Below are positions 12,271 through 27,500 of a DNA stretch of 64,000 nucleotides, piece after piece (position 1 is the stretch's first letter; the number at the start of each line of letters is the position of its first letter). The stretch is from positions 155,744,001 through 155,808,000 of the forward strand of contig OZ024741.1 of the NCBI GenBank assembly GCA_964016885.1, given 5' to 3'. This DNA comes from Eledone cirrhosa (Eukaryota). A model generated the notes under the pieces. The model worked only from the letters and a program-made list of their open reading frames with translations. It was not told where the DNA came from and made no database searches. The translations under genes were made by a program, and so were the position numbers.

Positions 12271-13760
12271 CATCCATTAACATTGATTTTGCTGTGAAAA
12301 GATGTGTGGAGATGATCATTGAGAGTGAGGTGGAGTTCTGCGACGTCGACACAGACGAACTGGGCCTCCTACTTAGACTTACCTACGACACTGACTACCT
12401 AGACAGCCATCACCTTAGATGTTTCTGCCCTAGTAGACCTATAAGAGGTAGACCCCCCACCATAACCTCAATGGCAAAAAAGACTCCTATGGGAAGGTGG
12501 ATTGGGTGGACCAAAGCTATACGGATCCCCCAAAACAATGATCAGGTAAGAAAAATGGTCGCACATGCAATAGGGGCTAGTATCAAAACTACACTAGAGG
12601 GCCACATATTTAAGTTCAATGAGAAAATCTACACCCAAAATGAGGGAGCAGCCATCGGCGTCAGCATAGCTGGTGATGTTGCCAACCTTTTCATGGTATG
12701 GTGGGAAAGGAGACTTAAAGATCTCCTTAATGAAAGCTCCATAGACCTCATCATGTACTCTCGTTATGTAGACGATATCAATATAGTTATAAGAACACCC
12801 CCACTAGAGAGCACTAACAAGTTTGATTTAGAACGTAGCACGATGGAAAGCATCCAGCAGATAGCTAATTCCATACACCAGAGTATAACTGTAACTACCG
12901 ACTTCCCTTCCAAACACGCTAACAATAGACTACCTGTATTAGACACAGAACTCTGGATTAACACTATAGACGAGAGAGCCCAAATTCTCCACTCACACTA
13001 TGCTAAACCCATGGCCTCCAAATATCTGATACTCAAAAACTCAGCAATGTCCAGTAGTGCTAATTTTAATATTCTGATCGCAGATTTGGTACGAGTGATG
13101 AAGAATGTGTCCCGCATGTGCGACCCAACAGAAATGGAAAGACACATCCAACACTTCATCAACCGCATGCAGTTCTCTGGCTACAACCAAAGAGACAGAG
13201 TCAGAGTATACGAAGGAGCCATGGAAAAGTATAAGACCCTCATAGAACTGGACATGAAAGGAATTTGCCCATTATACAGGAGCAAATCATGGAATAGCTT
13301 AGATAGGGCTAGACATAAGATAGGGAAAGCCACATCATGGTACGACAACCAGAGATACCAGAGATACCAGAGTGTCATGTTTGTGGACGCCACCCCTGGA
13401 GGGAAATTAGCTAACCAGTGTAGAAAGGCCCCGAGAAAGACCCACTTAAAAATAAAGGCGGTAGAAAAGCCAGGAACCACCATAAAATCCCTGATCAGCA
13501 AAACCTACCGTTTTAAGAAAACCCACTGTACTAATAGGAAATGTATCATATGTAAGGTGAACCCCCGGATAAACTGTAAAACTAGAAACGTAGTCTATAG
13601 CATAAGATGTATAGAGGGTACTTGCAGAAACACGACAACAACATACATAGGTGAGACAGCTCGTAGCATAGGTGAAAGGATAGACCAACACTGGGGGGAA
13701 CTAAAAGGACGAAAAAACGGGTCAGTACTATACGAACATGCTAGACAACAACATGACGGT
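12270..13760 (+). pseudogene. PLE reverse transcriptase plus GIY-YIG endonuclease, truncated at both ends but open
   Basis: RT motifs QNEGAAIGVSIAGDVANLFM, YSRYVDD and LPVLD; Cys-rich linker; VY...YIGETAR GIY-YIG motif. The listed ORF's first ~50 aa and YI tail are artefacts. Confidence 0.92.
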
Positions 13761-13779
13761 ATATATATATACCGTCATG

Positions 13780-13858
<79 letters not shown>

Positions 13859-13915
13859 ATGTATATATATATATGTGTGATTGTGGGTGTGTGTGTATAA
13901 ATATTTATATATAAA

Positions 13916-13994
<79 letters not shown>

Positions 13995-13999
<5 letters not shown>

Positions 14000-14355
14000 G
14001 TGGGTAATATTAAATATTATCCAATTACAAGTATGAGAATAGCTCGATGTAAAATAACAAATATAATACAGAATCGTTATAAATAACCATCAAAGAGTGT
14101 TTAATAATATTTATTTACTAACGATCGTTTCATCCAATCGCAAAACCGGATGTATCGCTGTATAAATCAAAAGTTAGTAGACAGATAACTCTCAAAGCTT
14201 TCTTCCCATATGCAGTATCCCCAGAATGCTCTCTGACAAAGTTACCTGTGTATTAACTTTTGATTTTTACTCTGATGGATCCGGTCTCGCACTTAGATAA
14301 AACGATCGTTAGTAATTAAATATTATTAAACACTGTTTGTTTGTTATTTATAAAG
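13995..14355. mobile_element. Old fold-back pseudo-LTR with two degenerate HHRs
   Basis: ~14078-14180 is inverted to ~14258-14354. Right arm reads UUACU CUGAUGG AUCC..AAAA CGAUCG UU AGUAA; left arm keeps GGAU GAAA CGAUCG UU AGUAA. Confidence 0.65.
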
Positions 14356-14376
14356 TATACAGAAATATGCACACAG

Positions 14377-14469
<93 letters not shown>

Positions 14470-14794
14470 CATACATATATATATATTTCAGTTGATCTAC
14501 TTATGATATATATAGGTGAATCTTAATGTCCAAAACGTTAACAATCATTCCCAAGTAAATGTGACATAAATGTTATATATTAAGATCACAGGGCTTACCC
14601 CACCAACTACTGCCGGCACTGCCAAACGTCTACAGGTCATAGTCAATCTTGCCTTCAACATACCTCCCTCTTTCTGTCATTTCTCTAATGAAATACACAC
14701 ACACTCACAGACACACACACAAACATACAAAAACACTCAGATAAACATACATATATATATATATGTGTGTGTGTGTGAGTGTGGGTTTACATAC

Positions 14795-14827
<33 letters not shown>

Positions 14828-14913
14828 GTAATAAAAATAATAATAATAATAATGATATATGTATATATATATATATATTGAATGTATATTATATACATAT
14901 ACATATTTATTAG

Positions 14914-14970
<57 letters not shown>

Positions 14971-15685
14971 TAAATTCATATACACATACATATATATATA
15001 TATATACACGCATATACGTACATATACGTACATATATGCATATATACATATTTACAAATATACATACATTCATATAAACGTAAATACGTATAGCTTTGTT
15101 ATTTTGTATTCATTACAACCCTTTTTCTACATTTTTATCTGTAAAAATAATGGCGGTTGGTGACAAACTTTATGAAACGATGAACGTGTAAAATGGGAAA
15201 ATTTAAAATACACTTGAACTTTATATATCAAAGGCAAATAAAACCAAAAAGAATCTATTTTGAAACAATGCCATATTGTGTTTAGTAGCTATTATCAGTT
15301 TAAATATAAAAACAATGTAAATCACTTTATGAATTTTGTGTTGAAAAAAGATAATTTTTTCTGCTTTGCAAATGGCGTCATAAAAACGAGAGTTTATGCC
15401 CTGCATATCGTATAGGGGCTGTTATCAGTCCCCGCTTCCATCAGTCTCTTTCTCTCTCACTCTCCCACTTTCTCCCAAACTGTGTATTTATCTATCTAAC
15501 TCTGTTTCTCTCTTTCACAAATTTTAGAAATAATTCTGCTTTTGTTTTGTTGATTCCCAAACTTATAGAAGCTGTAGGAAATACACACACGCATATACAT
15601 ACACACACACACACACACCCACAGACACACACACACGCATTCACACACACACACACACGCACACACACACACACACACACACACG

Positions 15686-15815
<130 letters not shown>

Positions 15816-15914
15816 TATATATATGTATATATAATATATATATATAAAGGTAAATATATATGTGTACATATGTGTGTGTGTGTGTGCGAAAAAAGAAGAG
15901 ATCACGAGAAAGCA

Positions 15915-15986
<72 letters not shown>

Positions 15987-15993
15987 ATATATG

Positions 15994-16065
<72 letters not shown>

Positions 16066-16066
16066 T

Positions 16067-16147
<81 letters not shown>

Positions 16148-16402
16148 TGCATATATAAACATCTATATTTATATATATATGTATGTTTGTATACGTGTAT
16201 ATATGTGCGTTTGTGTTTGTGTGTGGTAAGACCATTATTCAACTTAGTACTCCAGGCTTGAATCGTTTTGCTAACTGTATGGTTTCATATGCAAAGCACG
16301 TGTCATTGTGTGTGTAATTATAAATATATTGATATATGCATATATAATCATACGTATATACATAAATACAAACACACACACACACACATAGGTACACACA
16401 CA

Positions 16403-16474
<72 letters not shown>

Positions 16475-16944
16475 AGCAAAAATATTGATAGAATTTATTG
16501 CTGCGAGGTTACACCAGTGAATTTAGAAACAGGAGTTTCACGTTTAATACTTTATTACGTTTTTAGACAATTTGCACAACTAGTTTTCTATACTTGCTTA
16601 TATATATCTAAATATATGCTAACATATGTAAATCGTTACAAATAAGCAGTATAGACGGCGGTAATTTGAGAGTAGGAATTACTTTACATGAATACATTTG
16701 TAAACTGAACACAGCAAGGTTCCTATGGCGAGGATAATGATGGTTCCAATAGAAGCAGATGATGTTATGATACTGAAAATGAAAGAATTATTTCCGTAAT
16801 TTCTTTATTCTGTGACTTGTTTCAGACATTAGACTTTCAACATGCTGGGGTATCGGCTTGAAGGGACTCAGTCGTTTATAACATCTCGAATGATTGCTGA
16901 AGAAGCGCACACAGTAATCCTAAAGGTACACACACACACGCGTA

Positions 16945-17319
16945 TATCAACTCAAAAGTTACTGGAGTAAATATTCAATGATATTAAATAAATGGAAACT
17001 AAATTCATAAAACCATATTTATTTTATTATATATATTTCAAGGGTACCAAAACTTTGGTACGCTTTTCTCAGATAAAATACAAAGTTTGTTTTATAAATA
17101 GAGACATACCCATGAAAATTCTACCTTATTGGTGGGATATTCTCTGGATATTCTCTGGATATTCTCCAGAGAATATCCAACCGATAAGTTAGAATTTTCA
17201 TGGGTATGTCTCTATTTATAAAACAAACTTTGTATTTTATCTGAGGAAAGCGTACCAATGTTTTGGTACCCTTGAAATATATATAATAAAATAAAATATA
17301 GTTTCCATTTATTTAATAT

Positions 17320-17325
<6 letters not shown>
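16945..17325. mobile_element. Fold-back pseudo-LTR; intact HHR at 17233-17293 (+), G8A-mutated copy on minus
   Basis: Arms ~16975-17150 and ~17165-17325. HHR: UAUUUUAU CUGAGGA AAGCGUACCAA..UUGGUACCCUU GAAA UAUAUA UA^ AUAAAAUA. Confidence 0.85.
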
Positions 17326-17388
<63 letters not shown>

Positions 17389-17533
17389 AACCAAATATTA
17401 ATATGGTTCATTGATTACTCAATGAATATAGTTTTACAATAGATTAAAAGCACTCTACAATAAAGTTTTCTGGAGTTATTAATATTATTCAGTATATTAA
17501 TAAATGAAGATATTCACATAATCAAAATATATG

Positions 17534-17595
17534 TTTTATTATATATATTTCGAAGGTACTGTGCTGTTTTTTCAGTACGTCCTCGTCAGATAAAA
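17534..17595 (-). ncRNA. Type I hammerhead ribozyme in inverted pseudo-LTR upstream of a PLE
   Basis: UUUUAU CUGACGA GGACGUACUG..CAGUACCUUC GAAA UAUAUA UA^ AUAAAA. Confidence 0.85.
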
Positions 17596-17639
17596 TACAT
17601 GGAGTTATTATTCCTCAATAACTCCTAACCTACTAAATA

Positions 17640-19439
17640 AGGTGCTTTCATATGCATATAAACACACGGATCTATCTAGTGACGAGATTAATATTATTTT
17701 AACGGCAAGGCGAACCTTGATCGATTTTAATAATGATTTTTAGACTAGATCTGATGGGCAAAACAACTTTGACATTACTATGGGGTCGTCCGATTCGGCG
17801 CAAGTTATCGATCTTTTGAGAACGTTCATCCTTAATTTGATAAACAGAAAACTGCTGGAGATTACCGGTGGTTTATATAGAGACGACATATTATTTCCTG
17901 TAGTTAGGCATAATAATAGCGAATTAAATAGAGTAAAGAAAGTAATTATAGAATTCTTTAAAAATTATGACCTGAAATTAGAAGTAGAAAATAACAATAA
18001 AATAGTTAATTTTTTAGATGTAACTCTTAATTTAAACTCAGGCCTGTATTACCCTTTCCATAAACTCAATGAAAACTTAAATTATGTTAGCTTTTACTCT
18101 AATCATCCTAAAGTGTTAAAAATGCAATAGTCAATAGTGTCCAACAACGAATATCCAGACAATCTGCTAATAGATCCATATTTAATAGTAAGGCTGTATA
18201 TTATAATGAAGCGTTACATAAAACAGGATATAAAATAATATTGAATACGTAGAAAACAATAATATTAATTATAAACACAGTATTCATAATAATAAAAATA
18301 GAACTGACTGTAAAAGCAACAACTTGAGGAATAAATCGGGGAAAAAACTAAGGACTAGATCTATAATTTGGTATGCTCCGCCAGCATCTTTAGCTATTAA
18401 AACACCCTTAGCACATTTATTTTTTAAAGCCTTGGATAAATGTTTCCCTAGATCACATATCTATCTTCAATAGACACACAGTTAAACTCTCTTATTCAAC
18501 AACTATGAATATTGCTCAAAATATTGCAACAATAGTAAAATTCTTAATTTGAATCAGCATATAATTAGCGATAATAAAAATAATAATAATAATACATTAG
18601 TTAATGTGAGTAACAATAACAATAGTTTAAATATGAATAATAGTAGAACACCTAGAAATAATAATGATAATATGAATAGTTTATGTTATAGAAATAACAT
18701 TGAATTGAATTGTAACTGCAGAAGGAAATCTGAATGCCCTTTACAAAATAATTGCCTTGACAAGAATCTAGTGTATAAATGTACCATTAAGACAAATAAT
18801 AATTGTTTCTACTTTAGGCACAAGGCCAGCAATTACCCAGTGCATTACTGGTACTTTATTTTATCGACCCCGTAAGGATGAAAGGCAAAGTCAACCTCGG
18901 CGGGATTTGAACTCAGATCATAAAGGGACGTAACTATGCTGGAAAGCATGGCGTCCAACCCTCTACCAATACTGCCAATACACCACCTCATTAAGACAAA
19001 TAATAATAATACTTATAACTACATTGGTGCCACTTCATCGAACTTTAAGTTTCGCTTTTCCAATCATAAACACCCGTTTTCTAATCCAGTTGAAACATTT
19101 TCTACATCACTATCACAATTAATATGGTCTTTGAAAGAGAAAAATATTAAATACTCAATTTCTTGGAGTAAATTAAAGAATTCTGATTCCTACCGTAACG
19201 GTTCCATTTCACCAAATTGCCATCTTTGCAATTTAGAGACTCTATTAATAAGTACAAATTATGTTAATTTAATTGATAAGAAGAAAGAATTATTTGGAAG
19301 CTGTCTACATAAGTCTGGAAGAACCTTTCAAGCATTATACAAATTTCGAAAAAAATATCGACTATTCTTGAAATATTATTATATATATAACGTTTTGCCT
19401 TACCTTAAAATTGTATATCGTTTTTATATAGTAAATTAA
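17640..19439 (+). pseudogene. Decayed PLE RT plus GIY-YIG (probably Hydra-type)
   Basis: FDITMGSSDSAQ, GLYRDD, VNFLDVTLNL, SNHP, CNCRRKSECPLQNNCL..VY, YIGATSSNFKFRFSNH, CHLCNLE. Contains stops, frameshifts and a SINE insertion. Confidence 0.88.
18804..18988 (-). mobile_element. Full-length tRNA-derived SINE inserted in the PLE endonuclease
   Basis: A-box TGGCAGTATTGG and B-box GAGTTCAAATCC on minus; TSD CATTAAGACAAATAATAAT (18785-18803 and from 18989). Confidence 0.92.
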
Positions 19440-20192
19440 TTTCATGATGAGTCTCGGTATCCTAAATTTGGATTTAGAAAGGTCATTGTTTAACTAGAAA
19501 TTTCTGAATTTGAGGTTTGAAATATCTTTTGGCTTTCAAAATACTTAGATATCTTAAATGTTCACATATGATGACCGAGTTATCTTCCTTTGTTTACATT
19601 CTACGTAAATAATTTTGTTCTGTCCAAATTGCTTGCTAATGTATATTTAACATGATTTATACAGTTTAATAATATATGGAAAATCCTTAAAGGGAAACTA
19701 TATATAATAAGATATAATTACGGAAGTAAAATCGAAATGATAATACTTTTAAGTATAACTCCTAATTAATCCTGTAATGAAATGACAACCAATGAATTGA
19801 AATGATTTTATAATGAAAATAGAATAATTCAGATAATAATTCTTAACATAATATAAAATATATATACTGATGGTGATATATGTATGGGTTTTAATAAATA
19901 TCCTTATACATATTTAATATGTATTTAAACATGCTTTAAAGATAAAAATGTTTTTGAATATTGTAACAAAATATTTAGTAAATATATTACTTAATTAAAC
20001 TATGGTTCTGATTGCTATAGAAAATATTTTTATATTGTTTAATTTGGATATGATATATTAGTAAACAACCAAATACAAAATATATTAAAAAATCTCATGG
20101 TATTTAATTGGTCGCCTCTATTTGATTTAATATTTGAAAACAAAGGTCACACATCATTTCTCTTTCTTTCTTTTTTACCATTGTTTCTTTCT

Positions 20193-20239
<47 letters not shown>

Positions 20240-20642
20240 CCTTTCTTCCTTAATACATCTATTTACGCATTTAAATATTTATGTATGTATGTATTTATTT
20301 ATTTTCTTCTTGCATTTCCTCATACTCACCCCTTTTATACCCATATCTCGCTCCACATCCTCTTCTTCATTAAATTTAGGTTTATCATGTTATTATTTGT
20401 GGTATATAAATGTTGAGATTTGTTGTAATAAAGCACTGCCAATACTGGAATTGAACCGTCAAGACCATGTCATACATCAATTTATATATATATATATTTA
20501 TATATATATATATATATAAGTTAAAACAATAAAATACAAATTCAAGTCATTAGGAATATGCTTCACTGCTTTACGGTCTTTTCTATGTGATAATAATACA
20601 TCGTACGCATATTTCGTTATCGATCTATGTAAGGTTAGTTAC

Positions 20643-20768
20643 AAAATATCAAATAAGGAATATATTTACCTACGTGTATATCGTCAGCCGTTGTTAAAAG
20701 CAATCATTGCTTTTGACAACGGCTGACGATATACACGTAGGTAAATATATTCCTTATTTGATATTTTG
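20643..20768. repeat. Near-perfect palindrome with ~60-bp arms
   Basis: CAAAATATCAAATAAGG...AAAAGCAAT / ATTGCTTTT...CCTTATTTGATATTTTG, essentially no spacer. Confidence 0.9.
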
Positions 20769-20942
20769 AAGAATCCTTCCAGGAGTGCATGCAAGCGTGG
20801 CAGAAAAGGATGGAAAAGTTTATTAGACTCCAGGGGGATTACTTTGAAGGAGAACCCAAACTTCACACTCTTAGTGTGAAGTTTGGGTTTGAAATAAATC
20901 TTTTGTGACATCAGTCCTGGAACTTTTCTGACACACCTCGTA
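20769..20942 (+). mobile_element. Mariner transposon 3' fragment with terminal inverted repeat
   Basis: Translates to ESFQECMQAWQKRMEKFIRLQGDYFEG (mariner C-terminus) and ends ...GAACTTTTCTGACACACCTCG-TA. Confidence 0.8.
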
Positions 20943-20982
20943 TATATACATATATATATAGAGAGAGAAAAAGGGAGAGAGA

Positions 20983-21049
<67 letters not shown>

Positions 21050-21278
21050 GTTAATCTATTAAAATTGGCCCACTGACGAAAGTTCGTATCTTAACGCGCT
21101 AGTTTTCCATTTGATCGTGGTGATTATCACGTTTCTTTGGGACGAGAAACCCCAGCTGTCTAAGCATGCATTAGAAATGTATATTGCTAATATAAAGTAA
21201 TTAATATTTCTTTCTTCCAACTTATTATATGCTCTATATATCGTTTGTACAAGATAACTAAATTGTTGTACCAATAAC

Positions 21279-21455
21279 TGTTTCTACTTTTGGCACAAGG
21301 CCAGCAATTACTCAGTACATTACTGGTACTTTATTTTATCGACCCCGTAAGGATGAAAGGCAAAGTTAGCCTCGGCGGGATTTGAACTCAGAATGGCAAG
21401 GGCCGTAACTCTATGCGTCAAAGCATGGTTTCCGACCCTCTACCGATACTGCCAA
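21279..21455 (-). mobile_element. tRNA-derived SINE
   Basis: Same family as 18804; TSD TACCAATAAC. Confidence 0.9.
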
Positions 21456-21580
21456 TACCAATAACGATATCTTGTCATATCCCTCTTTTTCGAAGGTTTT
21501 AGTGTCTCTACATCAAAAGGCTGAGCAAGTCGATATATTTTTTATATACCAATATTTTCATTATATATATATATATATAA

Positions 21581-21634
<54 letters not shown>

Positions 21635-21654
21635 GTGTATATATATATATATAA

Positions 21655-21803
<149 letters not shown>

Positions 21804-21814
21804 CACACACACAG

Positions 21815-21847
<33 letters not shown>

Positions 21848-22360
21848 AGAGGTAAACATAAATAACAAAACAAGTGGCACAATACAAACACACGTATCAA
21901 CTCAAATTTAATTATGGACAACTACTATCGTGTCTAATTAATAAGATGGTCTAATGATGGGGATCGTCTTCTTTATATTAATAATTATCCATTTTATAAT
22001 TTTTTCTACTTTTTGGCACATAATGGTAATTACTCGAAGACATGTTGTATATGACTGTGGGGGCGCATATTGCTAATGTAATATAAGTAATATTTTGAAT
22101 GTTCTACTTCGTTCAATGGTATTTCTTTGGAAGATACTAAAAATGTTGTATCCATAACATTATCCTTTATGAGTGCACTTCGATTTGATATTTTTGCTCC
22201 CGATTTACATTGTATGGCTATGGTACAACATGTTGGTATTTTGTATATTGATTTAAACTCATTTGTACAAACACACACACACACATATATATGTATATAT
22301 ATATTTGTATTACACACACACACACACACACACATACACACACACACACACACACACATG

Positions 22361-22394
<34 letters not shown>

Positions 22395-22397
22395 ATA

Positions 22398-23732
<1,335 letters not shown>

Positions 23733-24155
23733 TAAAATAATTCAAAAAATATATTGAGATATATCAATTGAGAAACAGACTAGGCTCTAATAAATATATT
23801 CATAGATATCAATATATCAATTACAAATTTAGGTGTTAAATAAAGCATTAATCCCATAACGATTATGCTACATTTAAATGGCCGAGCTTCCAAATATGAC
23901 CATCTAATCATAATCAGATCTGCTTCTGAGAATCGAGGAATATTGAATGTTTACCATCGATTTAGGTAAATGATACCGATCACCAATTATCGAATTAAGG
24001 TGAACCTCAATCAAGACCATGAAACTCTTCATCAGTTTGTTTAAGTCTTCGCCAAAATACATATATATCTCGTGCTATATTAAGTTCTTTATCTCTACCC
24101 TTGGGCAAAATTATTTAAATGTTTTGCTCGTGGTGTAAATAAAACATTATATATA

Positions 24156-24506
24156 CTAGCTGCCGTACCCAGCTTCGCCCAGGTAAACAGATGATAAGAG
24201 AAGACAGGTAAAACAGAAAATGACTGTATTGGATGTTTGTCTGGTTACAGTATGAAGCGAGTCCGTGGTGTGTGTATGTGTGATACCAAACACAGTAAAA
24301 AAAATCTTCCAGATATACCAGATTCTTCGTTGTACGGTTTGTGCATAGTATATGAACAATTCTAGGTGCTCCCACCTAGAATAGTAACCTCTAGGAGATG
24401 GTTCATCTTCTGCCTGACTGTAAAACGTGTATCATTGCATAGACGTGGTTGTTCCACGTTTCTCAAAAGGATGATGGAAGTTCCAATCTTTTATATTATA
24501 TGTAGA
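24156..24506 (-). mobile_element. Short non-autonomous Helitron, possibly serving as the 3' end of the adjacent large Helitron
   Basis: Minus strand: A|TCTACATATAATATAAAAG...ACCTGGGCGAAGCTGGGT hairpin, then ACGGCAG CTAG|T. Confidence 0.75.
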
Positions 24507-24519
24507 TATAGATATAGAT

Positions 24520-27500
24520 AATTAATATAAAAGATGTCCGTCAATGTAAAAAAGGTCCCTATTTACTTGAAATGGTTTATACAAATTAATATGGATATGG
24601 ATAACATGCTTATCTATAAGTGGTCAGCTATAATAATAAAACAACAAATTATATGACACAAAAATTTATTCACTAATTTCCAGGCTCTTAGCCACTGAGT
24701 AATAGACAGTCAATAATTCCCAGAGTTCAACTCGGGGAGGTGGCGGATCCTTCTACTTCGAAAATAGAATCATTTTTCAATATTACTCTAGCCCTGGCCG
24801 GCCATAGGCACCAAACGTTTTGCCAGACTCACTATATGATGAGGTTTTATTACCACCGCTATCAGAAGCGATAAATTTGAAGGCAATTTCTACCAATATT
24901 TGTTGGTTTTTATTGCTCATTATCGACAATAAATGACATTGAACAGAAATGATAACTCTGTCAAAGTTCACAATACTGATCAAAGGACACCAATGTCCGA
25001 ATCATTTACGTCGCTTATTGATAGCATTAAAGATATGCATACATCAGCTCAAAGCTTCATTATAGACAATATTCAGGGTTGTTCCTCTGTTAGTGGTATC
25101 AATTGCAAATTTTACACCATCAGGATCGCACACTCGAGATGCAGCAACATACAGTTGCCCATGGCTGAATGCTGGATCATTCAACTAGACACCGACTCGC
25201 TTGAAAGTCTGTCTCTGTGCCTTGTTGACAGTCATGGAGAAGGCCAAATTGACGGGAAACTGTCTCCTTTGCCAAATAAATGACAGCATATCTTCACTTG
25301 GTCTCAGCATGAACCTCGGAATGAGAACCGATTCCTCTCTGCCTGGGAGTTTAGCTTCTAAAACTCTTCCGTTAATCAATCTCTCAACAATCAATCTGGT
25401 ACCATTGCAAAGACCCATTTTATGATTGATATTTCTAAGCAATATAATTGGCATACCCTTTTTCAACCTCAAAATATGTGGGGGGGATCCGGGTATTTGA
25501 AGTGAATTCAAATACTCAGTCGGAACATCCATATTGTTCTGCTGATTAAGCTCCATTGCATCCGTACTGACGGTCAACCATTCCTCTCCAGGAAATATTC
25601 CGGCTACTTGTGAATTTATTTCATCGACCGTTGCATTCGTATGAGTTAGAATAACGCGTTCCGATATCCAGGAGATGCCAAAAAGCATTCAAATTAGGGA
25701 ACACCCAGTCAATCATTGCTTGGCGGTCCAGTGGCATGACCAAATGGTCTGGGATTCTTACAGTCTGATTATCACCAACGTGTGGCAATTCATCGTTTCC
25801 CAACTGCATCAACCATCGGCCGTTTTTCTTAGCCTCTTCATTTTGCCCGAACATACGAAGTCGCATATTATCGTGTAATCGCAAAACTCTGAAATGGCGC
25901 CACAACGGGGACTTTTTCAGACATGCATCGACAATTTGCGCTCTTTGAGAATTCCTAACAATTGGTAGCACCTGTCTGAAATCACCACCAAGAACGAGTC
26001 TTCCCACCGAATGGCAGGTCACTACCACAGATATCTCTCAAACTTCTGTCCAATGCCTCCAGCAAATATCTGTGTGCCATTGAAGTCTCGTCCCAAATAA
26101 TCAGAGACGTATTGCGTATAAGGCCCGCGAGTTCACTTTGTCCTGTAATGTTACAGCCACTCTACTCATCCGGAGCCAATGGAGCCTTGACGCATGAGTG
26201 GAAGGTCCTTTCCCCACTCAGCAAAGTGGAAGCGATCCCACTGGTGGCCACAGGGAGAGCAATCTTCCTCTGAGCTCTGACTGCCCATAACATAGTGTTG
26301 AAACAGAATGTCTTTCCGGTGCCTCCTGGAGCATCTATGAAAGCACAAAGTTGCTCATTAGTGGAAATCGAGTGGAGAACGCCATCGACTAATTCTCTCT
26401 GAGATTGGGTCAACATTGGCATACGTTCATCCACAATACGTTGCTGTTCCAGTAGATCAAACTGGAATAGTTCCCTCCGATCGAGTGGCAATCGTCTAAG
26501 CTGCAATCTCATGTTCAATGCTAAGACACGTTGCCGCATTTCTTCATCAGGAATTGGCAAATTGAAATCTGTTAAACATTTGAAATGAACTTCAAGCAGT
26601 TGCTCATCATCGACCTGAAGATGATGCCTAAAATCATCAACCATAATTCCCCAATGGCGTTCAAATAACTCTCTTGGATCGGCAGGATTGCAGAATCCTA
26701 TAATCGTGACAAACAACTGCCTTATTTGAGCTGCCATCTGTGTGGTTCCTGCAGCTTCCATGGCGTTATCCCATTCAGCGTCATCTTGAAGGAATCCCAA
26801 ATGCTGACACACAGCCTGGTATGTTTCATATTCCACGGCATTGATTGTTTTCAAATCAGCGAAGCTCTGTTTATCTCTCGAAAAATGACTATGCAACATA
26901 ATTCGGATATAAAACACATCACCAGATGCTGGATGGACATTACAAACCCATCCAATAGTCATGAATCTCAACTTTTGTGTTCTATCATTCCATTTCTTTC
27001 CATTCTTATCCCACGTATAGTGCGAAGGGAAATCGCAGAAGAGCTGCCTTTGACCCGGGTTCAAAGTATGTTCCCTATTATGCTTGAACCACTCAGTCAA
27101 TTCCGTCTTAGGAGGTGGTGCGTTAGCAATTCTTTCGACAGCTCTTCTAGTGTCCTGAAAACAGAGCATTTGCCTATTCTCTAAGTGAACCGTCAGTTTC
27201 TGAACGCTGGGTTTGCGTTCATTGAGATCAAAGTCGAACAATCTCCAGCAAGCGTCGCTCGATCCAATCGAGCGAACATCCTGGAACCTGCCAACTTCAT
27301 CTCCTTGGTTCGCTTCCTCATTCCTGACATTGATCATTGCTCGATCATGACCTTTGGTAAACATATTTGAATAGATATTTGCAAGCTTTCACTGCGCTAT
27401 AAATTTCCACATTAATATGACAACGATATTTCATAATCAAATATGGATTGTATGACACAACCCATTGATTTGTAACCTGTCGACCGTTTACATTTTCAAC

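Larger units (their letters stand above)
11399..13760. mobile_element. Penelope-like element with an inverted 3' portion at its 5' side
   Basis: The plus-strand RT-GIY-YIG ORF is preceded by a minus-strand copy (11399-~12270) of the GIY-YIG end, 3' UTR and HHR. (AT)n flanks. Confidence 0.9.

Noticed and set aside
19438-19502. Possible HHR after the PLE ORF (AAUUUC AUGAUGA..GAAA..UA GAAAUU)
   Set aside because: Core C3 is mutated and stems II and III pair poorly; too degenerate to call.
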